Shown here: in pieces, positions 30,378 through 40,212 of the stretch
Position numbering within the stretch: the first letter of the stretch is position 1
How the letters are laid out: every line of letters begins with the position of its first letter
Assembly: GCA_963803435.1 (NCBI GenBank)
Contig: CAWDML010000007.1
Location: 448,001 to 512,000 of the forward strand
Origin: an uncultured delta proteobacterium
GTDB taxonomy: Bacteria; Myxococcota; Kuafuiibacteriia; Kuafuiibacteriales; Kuafuiibacteriaceae
Reading direction: 5' to 3'
Length of the DNA stretch: 64,000 bases
Made by a program: the position numbers and the translations under genes
Notes under the pieces: generated by a model
What the model saw: only the letters and a program-made list of their open reading frames with translations
The model's database searches: none
Told to the model about the DNA's origin: nothing

Positions 30378-33300
30378 ATGGCGCTGGAGGTGCGACCACA
30401 GCCTACGATAACGTCAAGAAGCACGATGCGGACCCCGGGGCTGAAGCCGCCGTCCTCTCCATCGATCGAGGGGGCGGGGGAGCGCGTTTCGACCCCGGCA
30501 CCCGAGGCGATCCCGACCGGTCCGCCGGCGACCACCGAGGCGACGGCCGAGGTCGAGCAGCTCCGCACCAAGAACGCGGCCGCGCCCAGTCGAACCACGC
30601 CCGACATTCCGAGCAGCGGCGACGCTGCGGTCAAGTTCTTCACGGCGCGCAAGTCCTACGGGACCTACTTGCTCTCGCACGCGCTCCGCAACGAGCTCGC
30701 GAGCGCGTTCGGTCCGGAGGGCGTTCCATTCTTCGAGCTCTACTATCAGCTCGAAGCCATCGCCCGCGATCCCGCGGCGCCTCGGCCCCGGTTCCACGAT
30801 CTCAAGCGTCAATTCGACGAGGCCCTCGCCGCCTTCGGCCGCACCACCCACCCAGTGTCGGCCCGCATCCTCGACAAGATCTGGGAGGCCCGCCGCAGCC
30901 AGGACAGCAACTTCGACGCGATCCTCCGGAGCGTGTGCCTCAAAGCCGGACCGAGCGCCGACGAGTGGCGCACGCTCAACGACTTCTTCCAGCGCGCGAT
31001 CGGATCGCTGGCCCGCGATCAGGGCGTCTATCTCACTCTGGGCCGGAACGGCACGGACGCGTGGCCCTCGCTCCGCCTATTGAGCGCGCGCGAGAAGGAG
31101 CTCAAGCGGCTGTCCCGCGACGATCTACCGGCGTTTCAGCTGATCCACGAGCGGCGCGCCTTCTACCAGGAGCGCGACGCCGCCGTCCGCGACGCGATCG
31201 CCCGGATCGAACAGGAGGAGGGCGTCGACGTCGCCTCCCGCAAGGCGCTGGTGCGCGGGCGGGTCGTCACGATCGCGGACGTGCTCGACGATGCGGGACA
31301 GACCGCGCGCACCTTGATCCTCGACGTCGACGCCGTCCCGCGATCCTACGAGGAGTTCCTGTCCTGGCGGCAAGCGCTGCTCTCCGCCAAGGAGGAGCTG
31401 GTCAAGAGCGAGGGTGACGACAGGGCGTCGCGCGTCCTCTCCGACGCCCAGCTGGCCTCGATGCGGGTGGTCGACGACCGCGCGCTGGCGGAGCTCCCCG
31501 GGCCGGTGGAGATGCGCGGGCTCGCGGACGACGCCTCGACCCGCACGCTCGCCACCAAGCCGTACGGTAAGGATCGGATCGTCACCGAGGGCCGGTATGC
31601 CGGCATCCCGGTGCAGTCGCTGGTGGACAACGCCGGCCACCTGCTCGAGTCGGCGGTCGACCAGCCGGGACGGCAGGAGCCCTTTCTCTGGTACGACGAG
31701 CGCAAGCAGCGCCTGGTCCTCGACTTCCCCAACAAGCAGGGCGACTGGACCCCGATGCGCCAGGCCCTCCGCCGCTTGGCTCGGCAGGAGGAGGACATCG
31801 AATACGAACGCATCGACTACCAGCCGCGCTTCACCTTCCCGCCCTCGCTGTACGAGGAGATCGAGCAGATCATCGTCTCGCCGAGGCGAACCGCGCGCGC
31901 CACGGAGGTGCTCGAGTCGCACTTCGCCGAGCAAGCCCGACTCGAGACCGCCACCCGTCTGGAGGAGGCTGCCCGCTTCACGACCGAGGCGATCGGCGGC
32001 TTCAAGGAGGGGGTCGAGTTCCGCCCGGACCAGAAGGGAAGTCTCGCCTACCTCGAGGCCAAAGACGGCCGCGGCGTGATCAACCTCGACACCGGAGACG
32101 GTAAGACGCTGGTCGCGATCGCGGAGATGCTCCTGGCGATCCGCAACGGTCGCCTGGATGATCCGAACACCAACGGTCGTTTCTTGTTCGTCTGCGATCG
32201 AGACACCGCCGCGAACCTGCCGGACCAGATCAAGCAGTTCTGCGACAAGAAGACCCAGAAGCTCCTGCTCTCGGCGCTGCACAGGGGCCGGCGCGGTCGC
32301 ATCGATGTGATGACCTACGGGCAGTTCGAGCGCGCGACGCGGAGCGGCACCTGGAAGCGCAAGCCGTGGTCGGCCGACGAGTACATAAGCGGGTTCTTCG
32401 ACGAGGCCCACAAGAAGCTCGTGCGTCGCTCGGCGACCTCGGAGGCCATCTCGAAGATGAAGGCGCCCAAGGTGCTGCTGACCGCGTCGCTCGTCGACAA
32501 GAACCCTGCGCAGGCGCTCACGCTCCGCTACCTGGCGGACGGCGTGGATCTCTACTCGGAGGAGGCCGCGCCCAAGAGACGCGAGATCGCGAAGGTCTCG
32601 CGCAACCTGTCCGTGCGCGTCGGACCGTACGAGGTCGGCATCAACCCGCTCAGGAGGACGCGCGCGAAGATGATCTTCCAAGGCGTCTTCCACAAGAAAC
32701 GCGCTCCGCTGCCGGCCGATCTCGTACCAGCCACCGAGCGGCTGACGATGAACGCGGACGTCCAGCGCGCGTACGAGCAGCAGCTCGCGTCGGTCCCGGG
32801 GTTGCGACCCGCGCTCCAGGCGTCGGTGGCGGTCTGGCGTGACCTGGGCAAGAGCGATGATCCGAAGGTCGACCCGAGGGATCCGCGGATCGCCGGCCTC
32901 AACGCGATCGACTCGGAGCTGAAGCACGGGTTCGACCTGCTCTACGCGTTGGAAAACCGGCCGAACCGGGTCGGCGACCTCGACGGAAAGCTGGTGGACC
33001 TCGACGAGCTGGATGCTGCCACGGCCGCCGGCGTGAAGCCGCTGATGGACTACAACCCGAACCTCCGCAGGACGGCCCAGCGTTTCGCCGACAAGCTCGA
33101 GCGCTCGCCTCGGAGCCGCGCGGGTCTCATGATCGACAACAAGGGCATGGTCGAAGAGGCGGCGCTCGAGATGATCCGTGCTGACGTCCCTGGCGGTCAC
33201 GCCGCGTGCCTCCCGGATCGGATCGTCGTGTACCGTCAAGCCACGCCGCGAGCGATCGAGAAGGCCCAGGAAGAGAAGCAGCGTTACGCCCGAAGCTCCG

Positions 33301-33890
33301 GCTCGCCCGTCGAGGTGGAGCTGGTGCAGGTCGACGACCAGCCGCTGGTGAAGACGACCTTCCGGCCCGGCCAGTACCGCGACTCCCCGGAGGGCTCGTC
33401 CTACTCGAGCCGCGACTGGCACCAGTACGTGCTGCGCCAGCTGCAAGAGAAGATGCACGAGGCAGCGACGGACATCGCGATTCGGACGCTGTCGATGTAC
33501 CGCCCCACCTACGGCCACGGGCACAACCTGCAGAAGGGCGGCATCAACACGGTCATCGACGTCACCACGCCCAAGGGCTACCAGGCGGGCCATCAGAGTC
33601 TGTCGCGCTTCTGGCGGCAGGGCATCACGGTCGATTCGGTCGAGCACGTGAGCGTGAGGGTGGGGCTGGGGGCCGACAACGAAACGCTAGGCCGCTACGA
33701 CCTGCTGCCCGGCGAGATCCAGCGCGAGCGGAACCAGCGCGAGCGATCGATCTATGAGGACAGCGTGGCCGTGCTGGAGACGGAGGGCCACTACGGCGGG
33801 CTGCCCCCCGACACGCGCACCTCGCTGATCCAGAACCGGCGCCTCTTCCAGCTGGAGCAGGAGATCGCCCAGGGAGATCGGATCCTGTGA
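30378..33890 (+). CDS. Divergent SF2 (SNF2-like) helicase/ATPase with long N-terminal region
   Basis: Q motif FRPDQ, Walker A LDTGDGKT, FDEAH, motif III LTAS, motif V GHGHNLQ, motif VI QSLSRFWRQG. Confidence 0.75.
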   Translation: MALEVRPQPTITSRSTMRTPGLKPPSSPSIEGAGERVSTPAPEAIPTGPPATTEATAEVEQLRTKNAAAPSRTTPDIPSSGDAAVKFFTARKSYGTYLLSHALRNELASAFGPEGVPFFELYYQLEAIARDPAAPRPRFHDLKRQFDEALAAFGRTTHPVSARILDKIWEARRSQDSNFDAILRSVCLKAGPSADEWRTLNDFFQRAIGSLARDQGVYLTLGRNGTDAWPSLRLLSAREKELKRLSRDDLPAFQLIHERRAFYQERDAAVRDAIARIEQEEGVDVASRKALVRGRVVTIADVLDDAGQTARTLILDVDAVPRSYEEFLSWRQALLSAKEELVKSEGDDRASRVLSDAQLASMRVVDDRALAELPGPVEMRGLADDASTRTLATKPYGKDRIVTEGRYAGIPVQSLVDNAGHLLESAVDQPGRQEPFLWYDERKQRLVLDFPNKQGDWTPMRQALRRLARQEEDIEYERIDYQPRFTFPPSLYEEIEQIIVSPRRTARATEVLESHFAEQARLETATRLEEAARFTTEAIGGFKEGVEFRPDQKGSLAYLEAKDGRGVINLDTGDGKTLVAIAEMLLAIRNGRLDDPNTNGRFLFVCDRDTAANLPDQIKQFCDKKTQKLLLSALHRGRRGRIDVMTYGQFERATRSGTWKRKPWSADEYISGFFDEAHKKLVRRSATSEAISKMKAPKVLLTASLVDKNPAQALTLRYLADGVDLYSEEAAPKRREIAKVSRNLSVRVGPYEVGINPLRRTRAKMIFQGVFHKKRAPLPADLVPATERLTMNADVQRAYEQQLASVPGLRPALQASVAVWRDLGKSDDPKVDPRDPRIAGLNAIDSELKHGFDLLYALENRPNRVGDLDGKLVDLDELDAATAAGVKPLMDYNPNLRRTAQRFADKLERSPRSRAGLMIDNKGMVEEAALEMIRADVPGGHAACLPDRIVVYRQATPRAIEKAQEEKQRYARSSGSPVEVELVQVDDQPLVKTTFRPGQYRDSPEGSSYSSRDWHQYVLRQLQEKMHEAATDIAIRTLSMYRPTYGHGHNLQKGGINTVIDVTTPKGYQAGHQSLSRFWRQGITVDSVEHVSVRVGLGADNETLGRYDLLPGEIQRERNQRERSIYEDSVAVLETEGHYGGLPPDTRTSLIQNRRLFQLEQEIAQGDRIL

Positions 33891-34141
33891 CCGAGCGCTG
33901 GACGATGGCGCGATGGCGCGAGCACGTGACCGGGCTCGAGGGCGAGCCCCTCTGGACCCAGACGGTGGCCGCCAACCGCATGGAGTTCTACCAGGCCCTG
34001 CGCGCAGACGGGTACACCGGCGCCGAGATCGAGATCGTGCTCAGCTACTTCGCTGAGCGCTTCCGCCAGCTCGGCCAGGAGCCTCCGCCCGGCGGGCTCT
34101 TCTCGCTGCGAGACCTCGAGCTGCAGGATCGATCGCGGTAG
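33887..34141 (+). CDS. Small hypothetical protein coupled to the helicase
   Basis: GTGA start/stop overlap; 84 aa; GC-rich third positions. Confidence 0.65.
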   Translation: MTERWTMARWREHVTGLEGEPLWTQTVAANRMEFYQALRADGYTGAEIEIVLSYFAERFRQLGQEPPPGGLFSLRDLELQDRSR

Positions 34142-34267
34142 GAGACTCAGACCGTGCGGTGCGGTCGAGCCCGACTCCTGACCTACAGCCCCGGCGCAGC
34201 CGCTGCATCGAACGTTTGTTTGCATCCTTTTGCTCGATTCCCCGTCTTCATGGCAAAGGAGCAGACG

Positions 34268-35074
34268 ATGGAACCAGAACATATTCGAGACGCCGTACGC
34301 GACCACTACGCGAAGCTCGCGGGAGATCCCGAAGGGGCGTGCGCACCCGGGTGCTGCGGCGTCGCCCCGCAAGCGTCGCTGGAGCTCGGGTACACGCACG
34401 AGGATCTCGCCTCGGTCCCCGACGGAGCGAACCTCGGTCTCGGCTGTGGGAATCCCACCGCGCTCGCCTCGCTGCGTGAAGGCGAAACGGTCGTCGACCT
34501 CGGGAGCGGCGCCGGCTTCGACTGCTTCCTCGCAGGACGGCGGGTCGGGCCCCGCGGCCACGTGATCGGCGTGGACATGACGCCGCCGATGATCAGCAAG
34601 GCGCGGGCGAACGCCGCCAAGCTCGGTGCGGAGAACGTCGAGTTCCGGCTCGGCGAGATCGAGCGGCTGCCCGTGGCGGACGCGTCGGTCGACGTCATCC
34701 TCTCCAACTGCGTCGTCAACCTCTCGCCCGACAAGGCGCAGGTCTTCCGCGACGCCTTCCGAATCCTTCGCGACGGCGGTCGCCTCGCGATCTCGGACGT
34801 GGTGCTGATCGGCGCGCTCCCGGACGCGCTCAGGGAGCAAGCCGAGGCGTTCGCCGGGTGCGTCGCGGGCGCCGTGCCCGTCGAGGCGATCGCGTCGATG
34901 CTGGCCGACGCAGGCTTCACAGACATCCGGGTCACGGTCAAAGAGGAGAGCCGGACCTTCATCGCAAAGTGGCTCCCAGGGACCGGCGTCGAGCACGCCG
35001 TAGCCGCTGCGACCGTCGAGGCGATCAAGCCCGGCGGCGCCGCCTGCTGCGAGCCCTCCTGCTGCGGAGGTTAG
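34268..35074 (+). CDS. arsM: Arsenite S-adenosylmethionine methyltransferase
   Basis: RBS AAGGAG; GCC, ANLGLGCGNP, DLGSGAGFD, SNCVVNL, GCVAGA, C-terminal CCEPSCC. Confidence 0.9.
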   Translation: MEPEHIRDAVRDHYAKLAGDPEGACAPGCCGVAPQASLELGYTHEDLASVPDGANLGLGCGNPTALASLREGETVVDLGSGAGFDCFLAGRRVGPRGHVIGVDMTPPMISKARANAAKLGAENVEFRLGEIERLPVADASVDVILSNCVVNLSPDKAQVFRDAFRILRDGGRLAISDVVLIGALPDALREQAEAFAGCVAGAVPVEAIASMLADAGFTDIRVTVKEESRTFIAKWLPGTGVEHAVAAATVEAIKPGGAACCEPSCCGG

Positions 35075-35626
35075 ATGGCTTCCTGCGGCAACGCCCTCTC
35101 ATGGACGGAGATCGAGCGGCGCCTGCGGCCGTTCATCTCTCGGCGCGTCGCTCGCAAGGAGGACGCGGACGACGTGCTGCAGGAGGTCCTCCTCCGGATC
35201 CACCGGAGCCTCGATACGCTCCGCGACGAGGAGCGCTTCGACGCCTGGATCCACCGCGTCGCCCAGCACGCCATCGCCGACCACCTGCGCACCCACGTCC
35301 GCCACCCGCCGAGCACCACGGCCCAGGCCCCCGACATCGCGGACGCCCGTCTCGATGACGACGACGCCGTCGCCCGCGAGCTCTCCCAGTGCGTCTCTGG
35401 CTTCGTGGCGATGCTCCCTTCGCCCTACCGCGAGGCCATCACGCTGACCGAGCTCGAGGGCCGCACCCAGAAAGAGGCCGCCGAGATGCTCGGCGTGTCC
35501 CTCTCCGCGATGAAGTCCCGCGTCCAGCGGGGCCGCCTCCGCCTCCGCGCCATGCTGGAGGACTGCTGCGAGATCGAGCTCGACGCCCGCGGGCGCGTGG
35601 TGGGGTACGACCGAAGGCGGTGTTGA
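35075..35626 (+). CDS. SigZ-like ECF sigma factor
   Basis: DADDVLQEV, AWIHRVA, YREAITLTELEG, KSRVQRGR, C-terminal EDCCEIELDARG; starts immediately after arsM. Confidence 0.85.
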   Translation: MASCGNALSWTEIERRLRPFISRRVARKEDADDVLQEVLLRIHRSLDTLRDEERFDAWIHRVAQHAIADHLRTHVRHPPSTTAQAPDIADARLDDDDAVARELSQCVSGFVAMLPSPYREAITLTELEGRTQKEAAEMLGVSLSAMKSRVQRGRLRLRAMLEDCCEIELDARGRVVGYDRRRC

Positions 35627-35820
35627 GCAGCTCTCCCGACTCCGTGACTCCGCGGCTCTCCTCGTGGTTGTCGGAGTCGATCATCAACGTCGAGCACGAG
35701 GGGACCAGCTGGCCGTCAACCTCGATCACGAGCTGCCTTCAGGGAAGATGCGCAGCTGGCTCTCGATCTGCTCCTTTGCCAGACATGCCCGGGAAGCAGA
35801 GCAGCTGCATCGCCACCAGG
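35622..35820 (-). pseudogene. Degraded fragment of a GNAT acetyltransferase domain (GNAT/carbon-nitrogen hydrolase type)
   Basis: Across frameshifts reads LVAMQLLCFPGM..KEQIESQLRIFPEG.QLVIEVDGQLVPSCSTLMID. Confidence 0.5.
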
Positions 35821-35835
35821 GCGTCAGGCTCGAGC

Positions 35836-36309
35836 TCAGAGCACGATGCCGTACTGCCACTGGAGCGTCATGGCCGGGTCTTGCTGGTAGAGGATGCAGG
35901 GCTGGTCATGGCCGGAGGGGAAGAAGCCGCCCCGCTCGGTGTGGGTCCCCGTGATCCGCGCGCCGTTGGAGAACGTGGTCTCGTTCGGCGCCTCGCTGCA
36001 GCTACCGCTGACCTGGAAGCACGCGAAGAAGGACTCCACACAGGTGCCCAGGAGCGGGTTGGTGGTGGTGTCCGCGCAACGTGGGTCGCCGACGGTGGAG
36101 ACGTCGCTCGAGCAGCGGAGACCGAGGCACGCCTCGGCGGTGGTATGGAGCTCGCCCATGGCGCGGGTGGGCTCGTCGTCGATGGTGACCGTGTCGCCGG
36201 TCGGGCAGGTGTACGTGTAGACGTACCGAACCTGCTCGATGGTGAGGATCTCGTACTCCTGCATGCCGCAGGCGGAGAGCGCGATCGAGAGGAGGAGCAT
36301 CCGTATCAT
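35836..36309 (-). CDS. Cys-rich lipoprotein
   Basis: Lipobox LSAC; multiple Cys. Confidence 0.65.
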   Translation of the reverse strand: MIRMLLLSIALSACGMQEYEILTIEQVRYVYTYTCPTGDTVTIDDEPTRAMGELHTTAEACLGLRCSSDVSTVGDPRCADTTTNPLLGTCVESFFACFQVSGSCSEAPNETTFSNGARITGTHTERGGFFPSGHDQPCILYQQDPAMTLQWQYGIVL

Positions 36310-36319
36310 GTGTCGATCC

Positions 36320-37618
36320 TCAGAAGTACCAGCCCAGCGGGACCTCGAGCTCCACGAAGATGGGCTTGCTGTTCTTGCACCTCGCGTAGGCGGCGAACGG
36401 TGACTCGTCGAGCTCGCCGGACTGGACGGTGTCCGCGCAAGCGCCGAACCCGGTCAGCGGGATGATCGCTCGTATGCCGATCCCCCACGAGAACTTTCCG
36501 TCGCCGAGGAAGAGGTAGCGGACAGTCGGCGCGACCGCAGGTCCGATCAGTGAGTCGTCCGTCTTGCCGGTCACCGCCAGCAGTCCGGCGCCCACCGACA
36601 GCTCGAGGTTGTGGTCCTCCCCGAAGACCAGCTTGTAGCCCAGGCGCGGCCCGAGATAGGCCGCAAGCTCGGCTTCTCGCTTGCGGCAGTAGCCCACCGG
36701 ATAGTCGCCGGGGCCGCACGCGCTGATCTCCACCGAGTGAAGCGTGATCAGGGCGGACACGTTCGTCTCGAGCGCGACCAGCGTGAACCCGCCGAAGTGC
36801 AGGTTGACGAACCGCAGCCAGGCGCCGATGGCGTACCCGCCCGTCACCGTACCGCCGAGCCCCAGACCCAGCCCGAACCACTCGTTGCGCGAGGTCTTGC
36901 GGTCCGCTTCCAGGTGCAGGTCGATGCGGCGCCGCTCGTCCCGCTCGAGCGTCAGGGTCTCGCGGTGCGTCTCGTAGCCGTCGCGCTCGAGGGTGAGCTC
37001 GGCCGGCGTTCCCTTGGGGAGACGCACTACCACCGGCGTCTGTCCCTGCGATCGCCCGTCGATCAGGACGTCGGCGTGACGCGGCGAGGAGTCGAGGTTG
37101 AGCTGGAACGTCTGGGCTCGCTCCGGTGGTGGTGGCGGCGGCGGCGGCGCCGTCTCGGAGCGCGCACCGGCGAGCTCGCTGGCCACGGCCTCGAGGGAGG
37201 CCACCAGGGCGTTATCGTCGCAGCCCCCTTTCTGCGACGCCGCCCGCTCGGTCGCGGACAGCCGCAGGTCGTAGAGGGTGGCGGTGACGGCACACAGATC
37301 TCCAACCTGGACGATCTGCGTGTGCAGCACCTTCTGCGCCGCCAGCTCCTTACCGATCTCGATCTGGCAGCTCTCGTCGAAGCAGCTCTTGTAGCTCTCG
37401 ACCCGTTGCTGCTTCAACGCCGCCTCGATGTCGGCGCGAGGGACCACCAGGAAGCGGCCGGTCTCGGTGATCTTGACGCCGAAGTAGTCGGTGAGCTGCC
37501 CGACCTGATCGGGCGTGGTGCGACCCGTTCGATCTTGGAGCGGGAACAGCGCGATGATCGGCTTCGAGTCGGAAGGCTCCGCCGCCAGGAGGGCGAGGAG
37601 CAGCGCGGCGCCGAGCAT
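36320..37618 (-). CDS. PEGA domain protein with N-terminal TolB/CsgG-like domain and beta-rich C-terminus
   Basis: Signal peptide; CFDESCQIEIGKELAA; poly-Pro linker; LDSSPRHADVLIDG..GQTP..LERDGYE; C-terminal aromatic WYF. Confidence 0.72.
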   Translation of the reverse strand: MLGAALLLALLAAEPSDSKPIIALFPLQDRTGRTTPDQVGQLTDYFGVKITETGRFLVVPRADIEAALKQQRVESYKSCFDESCQIEIGKELAAQKVLHTQIVQVGDLCAVTATLYDLRLSATERAASQKGGCDDNALVASLEAVASELAGARSETAPPPPPPPPERAQTFQLNLDSSPRHADVLIDGRSQGQTPVVVRLPKGTPAELTLERDGYETHRETLTLERDERRRIDLHLEADRKTSRNEWFGLGLGLGGTVTGGYAIGAWLRFVNLHFGGFTLVALETNVSALITLHSVEISACGPGDYPVGYCRKREAELAAYLGPRLGYKLVFGEDHNLELSVGAGLLAVTGKTDDSLIGPAVAPTVRYLFLGDGKFSWGIGIRAIIPLTGFGACADTVQSGELDESPFAAYARCKNSKPIFVELEVPLGWYF

Positions 37619-37828
37619 CGAGCATCGGGATAGGCCAATCCGGTGCGGCGATCAACGCCCCGTGTGTTCTGGATCCGACCCACTGACGCCGCCCGAAGAC
37701 GCTAGGGCTCCCACCCTCCGTCCAATGTTTGAGCCGAGATACGCTCCGCGTTGTCGCCGCGCGCACGCGGGAAGCTCGGGCCTTCCCTCTCGGCCGGCAT
37801 TGGCCTCCCGGTTGCTCCTACAGTGGTC

Positions 37829-38512
37829 ATGAACCCAAGGACGATCGCGCTCATCGGCTCCACCGTTCTCGCGGCCGCCATCGCGTGGCCGCGCACCAGC
37901 GAAGCACAGACCCACGGCGGCTTCGTCTACTCCGCGACCGGGCCCGGAATCTCGAGGACCTCGATCAACCTGGGCGTTCGCGCCTACACCCCGGCGGTGG
38001 ACCAGATCGACGTCGTGCTCCCGACCGCGGACCTCAGTCTCGTGTACGGGATCAACGACGCGCTCGACTACGAGCTCCGCGTCTCGACGGTCGGTATCCT
38101 CACGTTGATCGACACGGGCGTGAAGGTCCGCATCCTCGGCAATCGCAACCTCGCGCTCGGCGCGCGCCTCGACGCGTCCGGCCTCCTGGCCGTGCTCCCC
38201 AAGGACGACGGCACCGAGGTCTCGGGACTGTTCGGCGTGACCCCCGGCCTGATCCTCTCCACCGGCGGGCGCCGCTTCCAGATCTCCGCAGGCCTCGACC
38301 TTCCGGTGGTGCTAGGGACCGCCAGCGACCTCGGCGGGGTCCGCGCGACCGGTCCCGACTCGGTGTTCGGCTACGTGCTCCGCCCCTGGGTCGGCGTCGA
38401 GCTGCCCATCGGTCGCACGACCAACCTCTCGCTGCAGGCCCAGGCCTACGTCTCGACGCTCGGCGACACGACCGCCGTGGCGCCGAACCTCGCGCTCGGC
38501 ATCACGTTCTAG
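37829..38512 (+). CDS. Putative outer-membrane beta-barrel protein
   Basis: Signal peptide; alternating amphipathic strands; C-terminal LALGITF. Confidence 0.65.
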   Translation: MNPRTIALIGSTVLAAAIAWPRTSEAQTHGGFVYSATGPGISRTSINLGVRAYTPAVDQIDVVLPTADLSLVYGINDALDYELRVSTVGILTLIDTGVKVRILGNRNLALGARLDASGLLAVLPKDDGTEVSGLFGVTPGLILSTGGRRFQISAGLDLPVVLGTASDLGGVRATGPDSVFGYVLRPWVGVELPIGRTTNLSLQAQAYVSTLGDTTAVAPNLALGITF

Positions 38513-38631
38513 GTTTGCATTGACCTCGGTCGAGGCCGACCGCACGCGCGCGCTGCTACCTTGGCTCGGCACCCGCGCAGAGACGCTCTCGAGGATGCTT
38601 CGCCGTCGCCGGGAGCGTTGACCGCGAGGGG

Positions 38632-38800
38632 TCACCGGTCCTCTGCGCCTACGCGCTCCAGGTGATCGAGATAGCGCTGCTCCTCATCGGTGAGCGGCCG
38701 ACGATCCGTGCTCCACATGGTCGCGTACCAGATCGTGTTCTCCAGCCACCAGCGGTAGAGGAACGCCTCCACGGTCGGCGCCTGGAACGTGAGCGGCCGA
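38632..38800 (-). pseudogene. C-terminal fragment of a hypothetical protein
   Basis: Protein-like segment FQAPTVEAFLYRWWLENTIWY..LTDEEQRYLDHL with no credible start. Confidence 0.35.
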
Positions 38801-38988
38801 AGCGTTCCACCGGAAGCGGCGGCTGCTGCCGGTACGAGAACGCCTGATAGGTCCCCTGCTCGCGGGAGCGACCGCGGTTCTCCTCGCATCCGGTCAGGAG
38901 CCGGAGATCGTGCCTCGCGGCGTCGCTCATCCGCTTTTTGCCCTGGACGACGCTGGTCCGGCGCGTCAGGGTGCAGCGCGAAGCACGA

Positions 38989-40078
38989 ATGCGAATACCC
39001 GACAACCTCGCTGCGCTCGTCGACCAAGGTTTCATCGAAGAGGTTGTGCGGCCGCTCATGAGCGGGAAAGAGGCCCAGGTCTACCTCGTGATCGCGAACG
39101 GCCGGGCGTGCGTCGCGAAGATCTACAAGGAAGCCCAAAACCGCTCGTTCAAGAACCGAGCGGAGTACACCGAGGGCCGGCGCGTTCGAAACACGCGGGA
39201 TCAGCGGGCGATGAACAAGCGGACCAGCCATGGTCGGGCGATGGACGAGGATGCCTGGCGGTCGGCCGAGGTCGACATGATCCAGCGGCTGCGGAGCGCG
39301 GGTGTTCGCGTCCCCGAGCCGCTTCAGTTCATCGATGGTGTCCTACTCATGGAGATGATCGAAGACATCCACGGCGAGCCGGCGCCGCGGCTCGCGGAGC
39401 TCCAGCTGAGCCCGGCCGAAGCGCGCGTGGTCTTCGATCACCTCCTGCGCGAGGTGGTGCGGATGCTCTGCGCCGGGATCATCCACGGCGATCTCTCGGA
39501 CTTCAACGTGTTGATGGGTGCGGACGGACCGGTGGTGATCGACTTTCCACAGTCCGTCGATGCGGCGCGCAACCAGAACGCGCGCGAGCTCCTGATCCGG
39601 GACGTCAACAATCTCACCACGTTCCTCGGTCGATTCGATCCCAGCATGCGGGCCACCTCCTACGGCCAAGAGATCTGGCAAGCCTACGAGCGCGCGGAGC
39701 TCACACCGGAGTCGCAGCTCACCGGTCGATTCGTGGCGCCGCAGGGGAAGGCCGACACGTCCGCGGTGCTCGAGGAGATCGAGCACGCCGCACGCGACGA
39801 AGATCGCCGGCGGCTCGCCCGCGGCCAGGCGCCGGTTCGCTCTCATCGGCCGGAGACCGAGGCCCGGGCAGCACGACCGAAGCCTGAGCACCGCGCTCGA
39901 GGGTGCGCCAGCGCCGCGCAAACGTCGCCGACGACGGAGACGGCGGGCCGGGGCGGGGGCGGCCGAGGTTGCTGCACCCAACCGCACCAGCGGAGCTCAT
40001 CCGGCGGTGAAGCCCGCCGCGATCGAGCCGGACCGCTCCAGCCCCCGCCAGGTCCGCTCGACCCGACCGAGGCGCTGA
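38989..40078 (+). CDS. RIO1-like protein kinase, frameshifted near 39900
   Basis: LMSGKEA.V, AKIYK, VRVPEP, HGDLSDFNVL, IDFPQ; Arg-rich tail GAPAPRKRRRRRRRR..RPRR* ends in an alternative frame at 40078. Confidence 0.8.
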
Positions 40079-40212
40079 CCTCCGGAAGTGCATCCTCCCG
40101 GTCGATGACCGACGCGCGTGCACCAATCACACCCGTGGCTCGCGCCTCGTCGACCGACTCTACCTACACGCGCGTATCAGTCGACGAGACGCAGGTGCTA
40201 CGGTCCGGCCCG

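Noticed and set aside
31125-33647. 840 aa minus-strand ORF, and similar long overlapping ORFs (15780-18248, 41494-43791, 47592-49524, 51148-52738, 28769-30652)
   Set aside because: Shadow frames of motif-bearing genes on the other strand or frame, with no domain motifs of their own
37126-37150. GGT/GGC trinucleotide run as a phase-variable tract
   Set aside because: It encodes an ordinary poly-Pro linker in the PEGA protein
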